In this document: piece by piece, positions 1 through 13,600 of the stretch
Numbering within the stretch: position 1 is the stretch's first letter
How the letters are laid out: the number at the start of each line of letters is the position of its first letter
Assembly: GCA_951406725.2 (NCBI GenBank)
Contig: OX597830.1
Coordinates: forward strand, 58,528,001 to 58,592,000
Length of the DNA: 64,000 nucleotides
Source: Octopus vulgaris
Lineage: Eukaryota
Direction of reading: 5' to 3'
Made by a program: the position numbers and the translations under genes
Notes under the pieces: model-generated
Seen by the model: only the letters and a program-made list of their open reading frames with translations
Told to the model about the DNA's origin: nothing
Databases searched by the model: none

Positions 1-126
1 TCGCGTGGTTTTACTGTTTTTACAAATTTTATTGAGCTGTCCTCTTGATAACCCAGCCCGCCAGAAGCAGGGCTAGCTGGGGTGGAAAAAATTCGCCCTT
101 TAAGGGCAACAATAACATCACCAACG

Positions 127-750
127 ATGGAGGGAGCGGAGTACCGCGACACCGCTGCCACCACTGCCATCGCGAGGACCAACCAAAGCAACAACAACAA
201 CAACACTAAGAAGCAGGGGCGGACTGAGAGTATTAAGAGCCCTGAGGCATAACTGTTTATCGGGCTCCTTAGTATTGATATCAGTAGAGTTAGCATGTAG
301 GAGTGCGGGCCCTCGGCTCAGTCCGCCCTTGCTAAGCAGGAAAGTAAAGAGAAAGAAAAGAGAATTCTGTAACGGGAAGCACCTACACATTTCACCACCT
401 CGTCGAACAAAGAAGAAGAAATTAGCAAAGCAACGACGTCTGTTGCTCTTTCTAAGCAAACATTGTTCGCTCAGATGTGTCAGAGAAGAGAGGAGGTGGA
501 ATTATCAAAGAGGAGTTGGCTAAGGCAAAAATGCATCTCACCAGAACTGGCAGGACAAGTCCACCTTAACATACCAGAGGAAGTGCAAGAAGAAACGAGG
601 TGTAATACAATAATATACAAATGTGTATCGCTGAAGACATGAAAAATAGAAAGAGTTATGCAGGCTCAGATCGAAAAATGCCTGAGACCCGTATAGAATC
701 AAAAGTGTTATGTCGCCCGCACTAAAAGCTTTGGTACATCACTTGTATAA
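127..750 (+). mobile_element. Probable decayed 5' end/ORF1 of an L1/Tx1-like LINE
   Basis: CpG-rich, A-rich stretch reading ...KQESKEKEKRIL*REAP...EEVQEETRCNTIIYKCVSLKT*KIERVMQAQIEKCL...YVARTKSFGT with in-frame stops. Similarity to non-LTR ORF1 is by impression only. Confidence 0.35.
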
Positions 751-1602
751 CAATAGTATTTAGTTTACACTTAGCTTGCAATGTGAAGAGAAAGGGACAG
801 AACCAACACACACACCCACACACATGTGATGAGCTTCTTTTCAGTTTCCGTTTACCAGATCTACTGACAAGACCTTGGTCAGCCTAGGGCTAGAGTAGAA
901 GACACTTAGGTACGATAATGATGATGATATTATGAAATGGTCTGAGGAGAAAGGGTTGGTACCTTCACTGGGAAGACTTCCAAGATTGATGGCCGGACAC
1001 AAGAAGAGGAACCTACAAATCAGGAGTTGCAGTCCACGTTTATATTGAGTTCTTCTCAGACCAAACACTGGTTCCAAATATGTGCCACAGGGCATCCTGT
1101 GCTAATGATACCCAAAGACCAACAGACAGATTATGTCTCCCAGCCATAACAAAGTACAGCCACAATCCTTGCAACAAGCTTCAACACAGTTTCCATCTTA
1201 CAAGGCTTGAATTGACTTTATATCATGATAGAAGACTTGATGAGGTGCAGGGTTAGCAGGATTGAACTCAGGACCTCGTGATTACAAAGCAATATTTTTA
1301 ACCCACAAGACCAGGTCCACAACCATTTACCTTTGATATACTTTCATCACAACTGATGGTGGTGGTGGTGGTGTAGTTGTCATTGGAATTATTATTGTGA
1401 TAGTAATGATGTTGATGCTGCTGATGCTGAACCATTAAAACGTGTGTGTGTGTGTGTGTGTGTGTAAGGTATAAATTAACCAAGAGAAATATTGATTTTA
1501 TGACAGAACACAGGTGGATTGATTTAAAATTATAGAATTTTCAACTGATTTTGTCATATTGTTCATTTAAAAGAGGCTTTTATGAAATGTGTGTACATTA
1601 TA

Positions 1603-1990
1603 GGCGCAGGAGCGGCTGTGTGGTAAGTAGCTTGTTTACCAACCACATGGTTCCGGGTTCAGTCCCACTGCATGGCACCTTGGGCAAGTGTCTTCTACTA
1701 TAGCCTCGGGCCGACCAAAGCCTTGTGAGTGGATTTGGTAGACGGAAACTGAAAAAAGCCCGTCGTATATATGTATATATATGCGTGTTTGTGTGTTTGT
1801 GTTTGTCCCCTTAGCATTGCTTGACAACCGATGCTGGTGCGTTTATGTCCCCGTTACTTAGCGGTTCGGCAAAAGAGACCGATAGAATAAGTACTGGGCT
1901 TACAAAAGAATAAGTCCTGGGGTCGAGTTGCTTGATTAAAGATGGTGCTCCAGCATGGCCACAGTCAAATGACTGAAACAAGTAAGAGAG
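1603..1990 (+). mobile_element. tRNA-derived SINE with CORE-like ccttgggcaag segment (other copies or fragments near 3906-4285 +, 9060-9320 -, 13590-13810 +, 21665-21980 +, 22459-22620 +, 27700-27915 +, 33590-33965 -)
   Basis: A-box-like ggctgtgtggtaag, B-box-like gggttcagtccc, shared body gccttgtgagtggatttggtagacggaaactg and tail cagcatggccacagtc...gactgaaacaagtaa repeated many times in the window. Confidence 0.8.
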
Positions 1991-3558
1991 TATGTATGAA
2001 ATATGAACATGTGGTCACTCGTTTTTATCAAACATGTATTTTATGTATATTCTTCTGGTTTTATTTATTGAATTTCTCTCAAATAAAAAAGACTGTCTGC
2101 AGCCCAGAACCTAGTCTCTTTCATTGGTTTTGTGTGTCTGTGTATCCCCACTCAAGTATGTTTGTAGACAGACATAGCAATATGTGTCAATTTATAGGTT
2201 TTGAGCTATTCATAGCTTATATCTGCAATCTGTAGTATGTAAGTATAAATATCCGCATACTACAAACTGAATTTCTACAATGTTTTACATATTTTTTATA
2301 GTTCCATTAATGGTTTGTAATTGTTACTTTTCTAATTAGTTTTGTTTGTTATTGTTTTGTGATGCCCAGCTTTTTAAGAGTATTGCTCAGGTAGTTAGTC
2401 ATATAATCAGGTGCCCTACTAATTGCAGGTATAAATCTAAAGTGATAGTCCAGGCGTTGTATTTGCATACTTTTCAGTTATTCACCATGGAGTTTTTCTG
2501 TTTGTGGCCGATGACAGTACTGCCTGATTGGCACCTGTGCCAGTGGCACATTAAAAGGACCATTCAAACGTGATCATTGCCAGCGTTGCCTGACTGGCTC
2601 CTGTGCCGGTAACACGTAAAAAGCACCATTTGAGCATGGTCGATGCTAGTAAAAAAGCACTCACTACACTCTTGAAGTGGTTAGCATTAGGAAGGGCATC
2701 CAGCTGTAGAAGCTTTGCCAGATCAGATTGGAGTCTGGTGCAGCCTTCTGGCTCTCTAGCCCTCAGTCAAACCGTCCAACCCATGCCAGCATGGAAAGCG
2801 GAGTTAAACGCCAACAATGATGATGTCTGACTAGTACGGAAGGAGTTCTCCTCATCCAGTCAACTTCCAATGTTTGTGTGTAAAGCAACTGAAGATTGTA
2901 TCCCTTAGATTGTTCAAGCTTTCTACTAATGGCAAGTATCCAAATATATCTTCATCTACTATATAACAAGCAAGTTCCAGGTATCCCTCTTTGAATGTTA
3001 AAGCCGTAAAAATAGAGAAAGGGGCAGTGGCTGGTAGATTCCACCCTTTATCTAGAAATGGCTACACTCATAGCAAAAGCTGTCTTTTCTATAACGGTTT
3101 CTTTACCATATTTCTGTTGAAATTCTCTTTCCGTTTGAATGTTGAAAATAATGCAGTTGGGGTTTGGAACATAAATTAACATGAAATGTTCGTAGACAGA
3201 ATTCATTTTCAGAAATATTAAATTTCTTAATATCTCATAGAGACATGAGCGGTGGTGGAGCGATAGAGTGGTTGTATACTGTCAACATAATGTGACAGTC
3301 CCGTAAAGGGAATTACACTACCGTTGTTTAGCCCTAGGAAGCATCGACGCTTCCTGTCGGCCTTGACACATTTCCTGTGCCCTTATATATTTACAAAGGG
3401 CCCTTTCGTAAATATATACACACACACACTGGTATTTGTGTGCATAGCCACCTAAACACCCCTTTCTGTTTTACATACTGTCAGTTATACCCTATTGTGT
3501 TTTGACAAGTGTATTTATTATGTATTTAACAGAAATCAATTATTTTCTATTCTTTCAG

Positions 3559-3865
3559 ATTGGCAGAGCATGACAGCAGTTCGTGTCAGGCTATCATTAC
3601 TTACTTGTCCAAAAACGTCCGGCTTACTGTTCAGACGCAATTCATCGAACCAATTTTATTTCCTCTGAACTCCCTTCTTCAGTTTTTGGGGGATCTTGAC
3701 TGGAACCCCTCCGATGGCTCACCTATTCTCAAAGCACGCACTGTACGCTGCGTCGATGGGCTTGATTTGATTCTGTATGAGAGAGCTTTGTCTGCTCAAA
3801 GAGCCTATCTATGCAGTCGTGAAGCAACAAGGAACTCTTCAGCCACTTCTGTTCCCAAAGAATAA
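3559..3865 (+). CDS. TEN1: CST complex subunit TEN1, terminal coding exon (upstream exon not identified in window)
   Basis: Polypyrimidine acceptor ttctattctttcag at 3545-3558, then (R)LAEHDSSSCQAII...VQTQFIEP...SLLQFLGDL...LKARTVRCVDGLDLILYERALSAQRAYL...stop. Aligns by recall to human TEN1 GRLCLYD...VCTKLVEPF...SLYIVLGEL...VKARVLTCVEGMNLPLLEQAIREQRLY (OB fold). Confidence 0.88.
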
Positions 3866-4604
3866 CCAAGTTTGAAATTCCATCAAAGAGAACTTACCAA
3901 TGTTTAGGTGCAGGCGTGGCTGGTTGGTTAAGAAGTCTGCTTCCCAACCAGATGGTTTTGGGTTCAGTCCCACTGCACAACACCTTGGGCAAGTGTCTTC
4001 TACTATAGCCCAGGTTGATTAATGCCTGAGAGTTTGAATTTGGTTGGTAGAAACTGTGTGGAAGCCTGTCGTGTGTGTGTGCGTCTTTGTGCATGTCTTC
4101 ACCACCACTTGACAACTGATGGTGTTTTATATACAACCATGTAACTTAGCTGTTCAGCAAAAGAGATTGACAGAATAGGTACAAGGTTTAAAAAAATAGG
4201 TACTCGGGTTGATTTGTTCAACTAAACCCTTCAAGGTAGTGCCCCAGCATGGCCACAGTCACGATTGAAACGTAAAAGGTAAATTAAGAGTGAAAACCCT
4301 GACTTTTACCCCTGTGAAGCTTAATGCCACATTTCCTACTTTGACTGACCAGCTCCCTGCCGTGATGTCCAGGTAGACTGACTGCTGTCTCTCATATCCT
4401 TGATGTGGAACATGATTCTTTCTTAAAGCGGGTTCACCTGCCACCTCCTCCCCTCGCAAATAGGAGGTGCACTGACTGGAAGGTGAAACTGCTTGGCTAC
4501 TGACCCTACAGCAATAAGTTCAAGTCTGTGTTTTTAGTCGGTGATTCTTTTTTTTTTTTTTTTTTTTTTTTTGATGGTTTTCATCATTTATAAAAAAAAT
4601 CAAA

Positions 4605-4955
4605 AAAATCGAAATCGATCAACATCAATGGAAGTTGTAGCTGTGATACCAGTGCCGGTGGCACGTAAGAGAACCATCTGAACGTGGTCGTTGCCAGTGC
4701 CGCCCCAACTGGCCTCCATGCCGGTGGCACGAAAAAGCACCATCCGATCGTGACTTTGCTAGCCTCGTCTGGCACGTAAAAAGCACCCACTACACTCACG
4801 GAGTGGTTGGCATTAGGAAGGGCATCCAGCTGTAGAAACACTGCCAGATCAGACTGGGCCTGGTGCAGCCTTCTGGCTTCCCAGACCCCAGTTGAACCAT
4901 CCAACCCATGCTAGCATGGAAAGCGGATGCTAAACGATGATGATGATGATGATGA
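4605..4955 (+). mobile_element. Representative RTE-LINE 3' tail / partner SINE with (GAT)n end; about 30 copies in both orientations (e.g. 2510-2825 +, 4958-5170 -, 12351-12765 -, 14403-14650 -, 16388-16595 -, 17300-17883 +, 18385-18636 +, 34408-34656 +, 35890-36277 +, 46003-46275 +, 49900-50317 +, 58953-59245 -, 59282-59692 +, 60007-60422 +)
   Basis: Shared ...gtaaaaagcacccactacactc...ggaagggcatccagctgtagaaac...ccaacccatgctagcatggaaagcggacgttaaacgatgatgatg. The same tail follows the RTE ORF2 fragment at 26535-27690. Confidence 0.88.
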
Positions 4956-5996
4956 TTTATCATCTGTTTTCCATGCTGGCATGGGTTGGACGGTTTGACA
5001 AGAGCTGGCAAGCCAGACAGCTGCACCATGCTTCACGGTCTGTTTTTGTATGGCTTTTACAGTCGGATGCCCTTCCTAATGCCAACCAACTTACAGAGTG
5101 GACAGAATGCTTTTTATGTGGTACCAACACTGACATGATTTTTACAGCTGTATGCTCTTCCTAATGCTGACCATTTTACAGTGTGGACTGGATGCTTTTT
5201 ACATGGCACAAGCACTGGTGGGGTCACCAGGTAACTCGCAAGACAAAGAGCCTTTGTGGAGAGGGCGTTGGAGGAGGTGGTGTTGTGCCAGATGAGGAGA
5301 GGTTAGAGTGTGACAGAAGATAGAAACAGGTGTTTTGTCATGGAGGAGATACATGGTTACCCAGTCAGCGAGGAACGAAAGAGAGTGATTGAGAAAGTGG
5401 AAGAGAGTGAGAGAGAAGGATATATCATCATCATCATCGTCATTTACCATTCATTTCCCATGCTGCCATGAGTTGGATTGTTTGACAGGAGCTGGCAAGG
5501 CCAGAAAGCTACACCTGGCTCCAGTCATCTGTTTTGGCATGGTTTCTATGGCTGGCTGCCCTTCCTAATGCCAACCATTCCACAGAGTGGGGTTGCCAAA
5601 TAGCTTGCAAGACAAGGACCTCTTAATTGAGAGAGGGAGAGGAACTGAGAAAAGATATGATGTTTACAGTCCTAACGGTAGATCTTTTTTTCTGCCCCTC
5701 TGAAGAGATTTTGCCTAAGATAATGATTTTAATAATTGCTATTTAATCTTTTAGGCTTAATTGAAACAGCTGTAAGAGACTGTGTTTGATTTTCACAGAT
5801 AATAAATTGTTATTAAATGATTATCTCCATATTCTTACTTTCTTTTGAATGATTATAAACCTATTGTTTTATGAATATTATTTTCACAACAAATGTTGGG
5901 TATTGAGCCAGTAATTCATTGGATGATACCATCCCTTAAGGAAGCTAATTTAGCCTCTAATTTATATATATATATATTATTTGTATGATGTATCTG

Positions 5997-6215
5997 GTGG
6001 GGTGTGCTGAAAAGTTCCTGGTTTTTTAAGGTATCACAAAAGGCCTGGTTGGAGGCCCAACCTTCCAAGTTATTTTACAGGGCTTAGAAAAACTGAAGGA
6101 CTGCTGCAATTAAATGTGTGAATCTGAGAGGGGAATATGTTGAATAAAATCATAATAAACTGATTCCCCTCTATTTTCTGTTACTCAAAGTCAGGAACTT
6201 TTCAGCATTGCCTCA
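5997..6215 (+). mobile_element. Internally deleted mariner element (MITE)
   Basis: TIR gtgctgaaaagttcctg / caggaacttttcagcat. Internal remnant GLEKLKD..N.CVNLRGEYVE* matches a mariner transposase C-terminus. Confidence 0.75.
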
Positions 6216-9191
6216 TAAATAAATATTTATATATATATGTATGTATATAATTTAGAGAAAAAACCCCACTATTAAACAATTCAATAAAGAAAGATGTTAT
6301 TCATACCATATAGAAAACATATACTATAAAAAAACCTTATATTAAATCAATAAAGTACAATAAGTAGTAAACAGTAGTAAATTATATATATATATACATA
6401 CACATACATACAGTGATTTATATACCTTAATAAGTAACTTTGAAACATATCTGCATACACATGCATATCTGTCTATAAACTATTGACGTCCATACTTGTT
6501 GCACATTTATATGCGCATGTGCACACATGTATACAAACATGAGCATAAATTTTACTTCACTTTTATTTTATTTTATTCATTAAGTAATTTTACTCTTATA
6601 TACTGTAACTCATTATTCATGATTAATAATATTGAAATAAATCTAAAAGTAATAATTTTAACGCATGCGTGCACACACATTCACATACACACATAATAAA
6701 CATGTATATATATTCTGAGTATATTGGAGTATTCCAACAGATCATAATGTAATCCTTGTATTGTCCTTTTTGTGTTCTGATGATTTTCCACCCAAGGTAT
6801 TTTAAAATGCAAGATTATATATTATGCTTTGTAGTTTTAATTTTGAATGAGAGATGAAACAATTGTAGGCGAAGATATTAATTAATAAATTAATTTGTAT
6901 CCATTGGATGTCAAGCTTAATGACACATACACTCATGTAAAGAAAAGACTCACCATTCCTACAAATGGTGTCATTTGTTTCTATTTCTCAGTCAAATGAG
7001 GCTGTTCACTGTTGATTAGACTCTTTTGGAAACAGGTGATGGTTGGTATCAGGAAGTGGAGCAAGGGCCATAGAAAATGTTACCGTAATATAGTTTTGTC
7101 TCACCCATGTAAGTATGGAAAAGTACATGTTAATTGAGGAGGTTGATTATAGATATATGTATTTGTATATAAACTAATGCCCAAAGAGCCACAGGTGGAA
7201 CAAAATATATTTTATCAGATTAATGATTATGGATTAAATGTTTATTCACTTTCAGATCTGTCTTTGACTTCTTTATTCTAAACGAGTAAAGATAACTTCT
7301 TTTTGAACTTATCACCTGTTCAAATACACACACCCATATACATTCATACACATATAATACTGATTGAAAATAGGACAAACAACATTTAATACAAAATTGA
7401 AATTTAGATATACAAGGGTTTCCATGGAGTTGTAGACCTTGGTTAACTGTGGTGCTGTTCCAGTTGAAATAATGGTACATCATTGCATTTATTTCTCCTG
7501 GAAAGTGGAGTTCAAGCACATTTTTATAAACAAAGTATGGAGAAGAAATATTTGAAGAACAGTTTTGTCCCTTGTCAAAAACAATACCTGGAATTATTAC
7601 TACCAACAAACCAATTCTTTTATCAGACAAATAAGATAGAGGGCTTTCTGTCAAAGATAGATTTATCATCATTGTCAGATAATGTGCATTTCCTATGCTG
7701 GCATGAGTTGGATGGTTTGACAGGAGCTGGCAAGCCAGAGAGCTGCAGGTTCCAATTGTCTGTTTTGACATGGTTTCTGCAACTGGATGTCCTTTCTAAC
7801 ACCAACCACTTTGCAGAGTGTGGACTGGGTGTTTTTTATGCGGCACCAGCACCAGCATGATCCCCAAGTAGCTTGCAAGACAAGAACTTGTCAGGAGAGA
7901 GTGTGTAGAACCAAGTGTGCCAGGCAAGTGGTTAGAGTATAACAGAGGGACAGAGATAGTTGTACTTTAGAGGAGATACTTGGCTACCTAAGAGGAGATA
8001 CTTGGCTACCTAAGAAAAATTGAAAATTCAAACGGTAACACTTTTAGGTTTACCTCATTCTGAAACCCTCCTCACAGCCAGCAATTCCTGAAGTTTGAGG
8101 AGGACTTTATGAATATGATGAAGAGAATGTTCAATTTAAAAAAGTCAAAAACTTAATTGTAAATTCCAACAAAACTTTCAGGAGATTATTAAAGATATCA
8201 AAAAACATTGCCAGATTACACTTTCTGACAAACCTGCTAACGTATACTGTATGGAATATATGTTATTATAACTTCAGGAATTACATAAGAATTACCAAAA
8301 AATTAATTAGGCAGGGATACTCCCTCTTCTGTAAAGTAAGATTAGCTGTTAAAACTGAGCCTTTTGTACCCTAAAAGCTGAAATTTAACCTTAAAGGCCA
8401 CAAGAACAACTTCACTACCAACTTGTCTATCACAATTGGGTTTCTCGCTCATAAGAGGTTTAGCATTACAGCGTATCTTCAGACCTGCACAAACAAAAAC
8501 AGACACAATGTGTGTGTGTGTGTGTATTACAATTTTTAGACAAGGTGAACATAGATAGAATTTTCCAAAATGTCTGAAATAACTAAGAATGTCCATATTA
8601 TAAGATTTGTGTTGACAAACATCTCAGTGGAATTTGGTAGAAGGAAACTGTGCAGAAGCCTGATCAGCTGATGTGGGCAACAGTGACTGAAGATAGCGTC
8701 CAAGATTGCTTTGGATCCCCTCCGGGCGAGTGGAGAGGGATTGGGAACCCTCTTGAAATTGAAAGATGTAAGATTCTTTTTAGAGAGAAGTCCATATTCA
8801 CGGGTCCTTTCTTGGCTCTCTGGGCCGCAGCTTCTTATAGGTCCTGCCACTTGTACATCTATAAAGACCCATGAAGTAAATAGTAGGTATTCTACGTTTT
8901 CTTTATGTGGTATATTTGAGGCCCATAAATATTTAACTCACACACACATAGTCATGGCACCGACTACCTGTTCAGTGGTTGTGCACTCCCAACGATTAAA
9001 TATCTTCTTTGGATGAACTAAAACTACCCGGCCTACGTTTATGTCTGTCCGTTTTCAACTCGAGATATATTTTGGACAATAACAAAGAGGGTAGGAGAGC
9101 ACCGACCACCTCGGGTGACACTTTTATGAGAGCGGCACACACACACACGCACAGTGTGCTTCTGCAATTTCTGTGAATCATTCCACTCACG

Positions 9192-10400
9192 AGATATGGT
9201 AACCTGGTTGTTTTGAGTTTATAATAGAAAGACGCCCAAGATGTCACGCAGTGGAATCGAACCCAGAACTACGTGGCAGCAAAAGAAATCTTCTTAACCG
9301 CCCATATAGCAATGCCTGTCATATATATTGCCATTTTCGGTTAATGTTTGCAATAGTGCAATGAGTGCAAAAAAAAAATGTGTAGGAAACTAATATGAAA
9401 AAGAAAAAAAAAAATGCGCGCAAAGCAACGGGAGGGTGGGGATAGGATCTCGGAAAATTCACAAGATCCGAGATTTTCCTTCATAACTTTTAGGAAAATG
9501 GGTTTTTTTCCAATGAAATTTTATATAAATACCTTTCAAAAGGCATACATTACGATTATAAAGAAATTTGTGGACTTCGGAATATTCCCAAGATCCGAGT
9601 TTTCCCCTCATAACTGGATATATATATATATGTGTATATATATGTGCGTATATATATGTGTATATATTGTGTATCCGTCCGTTATTTTGTATACATCCAA
9701 AACCTCGACGGGTTGGTATATATAACTAGTACATGGAAAAGCATGCGAGGTAAAAAGAGTTAATTTCGGCCTGTATGTGTGTGTACACGTTCTTATTGTA
9801 GTAGTAAACCACAGAGAGAGACATGGTAATGTTACAGAGAAGAGAAAGTGAGAGAGTCGAGAGAAGTTGTTTCGCAAAGTCACTGTAACTTTCTTTTTGC
9901 TTCTGGCCGTTTGGTCTCTCTACGCTAGGGTATCTGTAGAAAGTTGAATGTGATTTCGGAATATAACGAGGAAAAATTCAGATCTTGGGAATTTTCCGAA
10001 AGTCCTCTCCCCACCTCAAGATTTCCCCCACAAATTACTTTATTATCGTAAGGTATACCGTTTGAAAGGTATTTCATTGAAAAAGAATCCCATTTTCCTA
10101 AAAGTTATGAAGGAAAATCTCAGATCTTGTGTGAATTTTCCGAGGTCCTCTCCCCACCCTCCCGTTGCTTTGCGCGCATTTTTTTTTCTTTTTCATATTA
10201 GTTTCCTACACATTTTTTTTGCACTCATTGCACTATTGTAAACATTAACCGAAAATGGCAATATATATGACAGGCATTGCTATATGGGCGGTTAAGAAGA
10301 TTTTTTTGCGGCCACGTAGTTCTGGGTTCGATTCCACTGCGTGACATCTGGGGCAAATGTCTTCCTATTATAAACTCAAAACAACCTGGTTACCATATCT
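9192..10400. repeat. Long inverted duplication (arms ~9192-9610 and ~9965-10400) upstream of METTL17
   Basis: Arms are high-identity reverse complements (e.g. atgcgcgcaaagcaacgggagggtgggg / ccccaccctcccgttgctttgcgcgcat) around a ~350-bp spacer. Confidence 0.9.
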
Positions 10401-10552
10401 TTTTTTTTTTTTTTCATATTCGTTTCCTACACATTTTTTTTGTTGTACTATTTTTTTCTGATTTTCGTTCCCGGGTCAAGTTGTAAACATTAAGCAAATT
10501 GCCGACCTTGGTGGGGAAGTCATAATTTGCAAGTACTTAAGCAGATGAAAAG

Positions 10553-10651
10553 ATGGCCGCCTCCTCCCGAACAGGTGCTTTGTTCACCTCGAAAGGAAAC
10601 CTATTCAAGCATTTCTCCTACCATCGCTTCGCCCGCTTCAGACATTTACAG
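10553..10651 (+). CDS. METTL17: METTL17 exon 1 (MAASSRTG...RFRHLQ, mitochondrial targeting peptide-like)
   Basis: ATG in aagATGG context, Arg/Ser-rich with no acidic residues, donor CAG|gtcagt, CpG-containing region. Confidence 0.8.
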
Positions 10652-13600
10652 GTCAGTATTATTTCAGCTTCCAGTTTTTGTGTTTTTACCATCTTTATTG
10701 AAGTATCATGTAGTTTTAACTTGTTGATTAGTTTCCAAAACTTATTCGAACCGGTTTAAGGTTTGTTTCATTCTATATTTTGAAAAAGAAAAAAGACATC
10801 TTACGGATCTTGTATATCTATTTTAATGAATTATTGGCATTCCTTCGATTTGACACGAGGTTTTGTTTTGGTTTCGTCGAGTCAAATCGAAGAAATGCCA
10901 TCTTTTAAAAATTTGTCTTTTATTAATTCGCAATTAACGAACATGATCGGTTGTTTTCTTTTAGTTTCGATCGAGCATGCCTATGATTAAAAGCTTTTCA
11001 GCCGTAAGCATCCTGTCCTTTTATGTATCTCGGACTACATTGTACACTGTACCTTCCTTTTTCACGACAGTGGGTTAATATTTGAAAGGATTTGGCTGTT
11101 ATTGCAAGCATCCTCAACGGACACTTACAGGCTCCCTCGTCGATTCGTATTCGATCGATGAACAAGCGATCTCTTCACGATGAAAACGGTCAATTAATTA
11201 AAAAAAATCGATTTAACAAGTATTATAACGACGTAAAATAAAAATATATTCCGCGATTCTGTAAAAGATCAATGCAAATGTATTATCATTTACAAACATT
11301 GTATTTTCGTATTTTCGTATTGTATTACTCTGAGTTCTTTAAATGCCTTTACTTCTATAATAAATCTACTTCTCTTTGAAACATTGATCATGCAATTTAC
11401 AAAATAGTATGTGATCATGTCAGAATTAATTATTCTCTCAGTGATAGGAAGAGATAGCAGAAGTACATTCAAAATCAACCGAAATCATAAAACGATTAGT
11501 GATCATGTTGAAAAGCATGTTAACTGACCCACAGCAGAGTTTGGTGGGGACCATGTCATGCCTTCTGATCAATAGTATTTTTTTTAAAGTGAAGGTAGTG
11601 CCCCCCCCCCGTCTAGAGATAACCTTTCTTTCAAGAAGGAGCCTCAATCAGCACCGTCGCATCTTGCTGCTGCTGAGGCGGTGCAGCCTCCATGCTGTGT
11701 ATTTTTGAATAAATGTCATCTTTTCGATAATTTTTTGGGATGTTTATAGTTGAGGTTAGCGAAAGTAAAGAATACGCACACCCAGGGTTTAGGGTTTAGG
11801 GTTAGGGTTTTTGTTACGCCATATTTATAAAAAACAGCATAATTTATTATTCTGAAATGGTGAATACCTGTTTCTTTACAAAATATAATTTATTCAGATT
11901 TTATTAAAAGCCACATCTTATGAAAACACTAGAACCCAGTTTGAGAAGTGTTGCTTTACAGTGAGACAGACGGCAACTGTGCAGATGAAGGTGTTGTCGA
12001 GTCCAGAAATGCAAGAAAACAGATTTGATATTGAGACTCATGAGATGTCAATTGGCTGCTATTTTCACTCAGCCATATCAGCTCTACTTGATGTGACGTT
12101 GTTAATAAATAATAATAGATCCAACTCCTTCATGCCAGATGTCCTGATTGAGTGATGACATATGAATGCCTGGCCTGGGCTTTAGTCCCACTTAGTCTTT
12201 CACAAGCTGAAATATCTCACCTGTGCATGCCATGATTACAGATGATAGCAGCAGTTCACTAACTGAACTGGTTGCTCCTAGCCATTGACAGTTTGTTGTC
12301 CTTTCAGCCATGCAGCATCTCGTGATATTTGCCATTGATTCAATAAGATTCATCATCATCGTTTAACATCCACTTTCCATGCTGGCATGGGTTGGGCGTG
12401 TGACTGAAGGCTGGCGAACCAAATGGCTGCACCAGGCTCCAATCTGATCTGGCAGAGTTTCTACAGCTGGATGCCCTTCCTTATGTCAACTACTCCGAGA
12501 GTGTAGTGGGTGCTTTTACGTGCCACCGGCACAAGGGCCAGTCATGCGGTACTGGCAACGGCCATGCTCAAATGGTGTTTTTTATGTGCCACCTGTACAA
12601 GAACCAGTCCAGTGGCACTGGTAACGATCACACTTGAATGGTGCTTTTTATGTGCCACTGGCACGGAAGCTAGTCAGCTGCTCTGGCAACGATCATGCTC
12701 AGATGGTGCTCTTAGCGCTCCACTAGCATGGATGCCAATCATCGAATTTGATTTTGATTTCGATTCATTTACTGAAATAGCTCACATTCACTGTGTTGTA
12801 TCTCATGATTTCAACATACCTTGGCTGGGTGGTTACATGCTATCTAACCCAACATCTGGGACCCTGACAGGTGCTACTGTGGGACAGAGTAGACCTGGGA
12901 ACAATAGTGCGTGAGAGCTTGTTCCTTGCTCTTCAAAATCCTGGAACTCTTGAACTGCTGGATGCGGTTTAAAATTATATCCAGGACTTAAATGTTCTCA
13001 AATTTTAGTATCTAGAAAGAAAAAACAACAAAAGCCTCAACAATATTTGCCTTAACTTCATGTCTGTGTTTGTAGAGCAAACATAACTGGAGTTTATGAA
13101 GAAGAAAAAGAATTTAATGTATTTCTGAAACTTTATTTTAATTTTAATTGTATTTTAAATATCAATTTTGAATGAAATTTTGAAATATCCTATTTTTGAA
13201 GTTAAATATTCATTTTTTGTTTTTATTATCTTCAGTTGAAGAACAGCTCAAAATTTATTATTCCTGAAACCAGACTTGATGACAAAACTTCTACAGTGTT
13301 AAATTCTAGTGGCCATCTGGTGTCACATTCTGGCATCATGAGAAGCAAGTGCATCACCCTTTCTAGTCGGCTGGAGAATACTGTAAACATTTTGATTGAA
13401 AGTAAATACAATTTGCTTTATTTCTTTCTTCCAAACATTGAATACAGATTTTCTTGGATGTTTCTAGATTTCTCACTCAGTCTCCCTCTCTTCTTCTCCC
13501 TCTCTTTTTCATTCTCTTTCTTTGACTTGTTTTTGGAAGTACAAAACATTACAGTCTTCTTCTTCATCATTGTTATCGTCTTCGTTGTCGTCCTGGTTCC

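Noticed and set aside
30-110. Possible ribozyme (TTGATAA-CCCAGC/GCTGGG-GTGGAAA)
   Set aside because: GAAA is not adjacent to the stem and no stem I partner is found; it fits neither hammerhead nor HDV folds.
8054-8087. Possible 34-nt minus-strand exon upstream of the 7220-7647 frame
   Set aside because: The splice signals are plausible but it has an in-frame TGA in the required phase.
8536-9016. Overlapping 74-104 aa ORFs in a GC-richer patch
   Set aside because: No recognisable homology or splice context.
11783-11808. Telomere-like TTAGGG/TTTAGGG run near TEN1
   Set aside because: Only 3-4 imperfect units within an intronic repeat-like region; proximity to TEN1 is probably coincidental.
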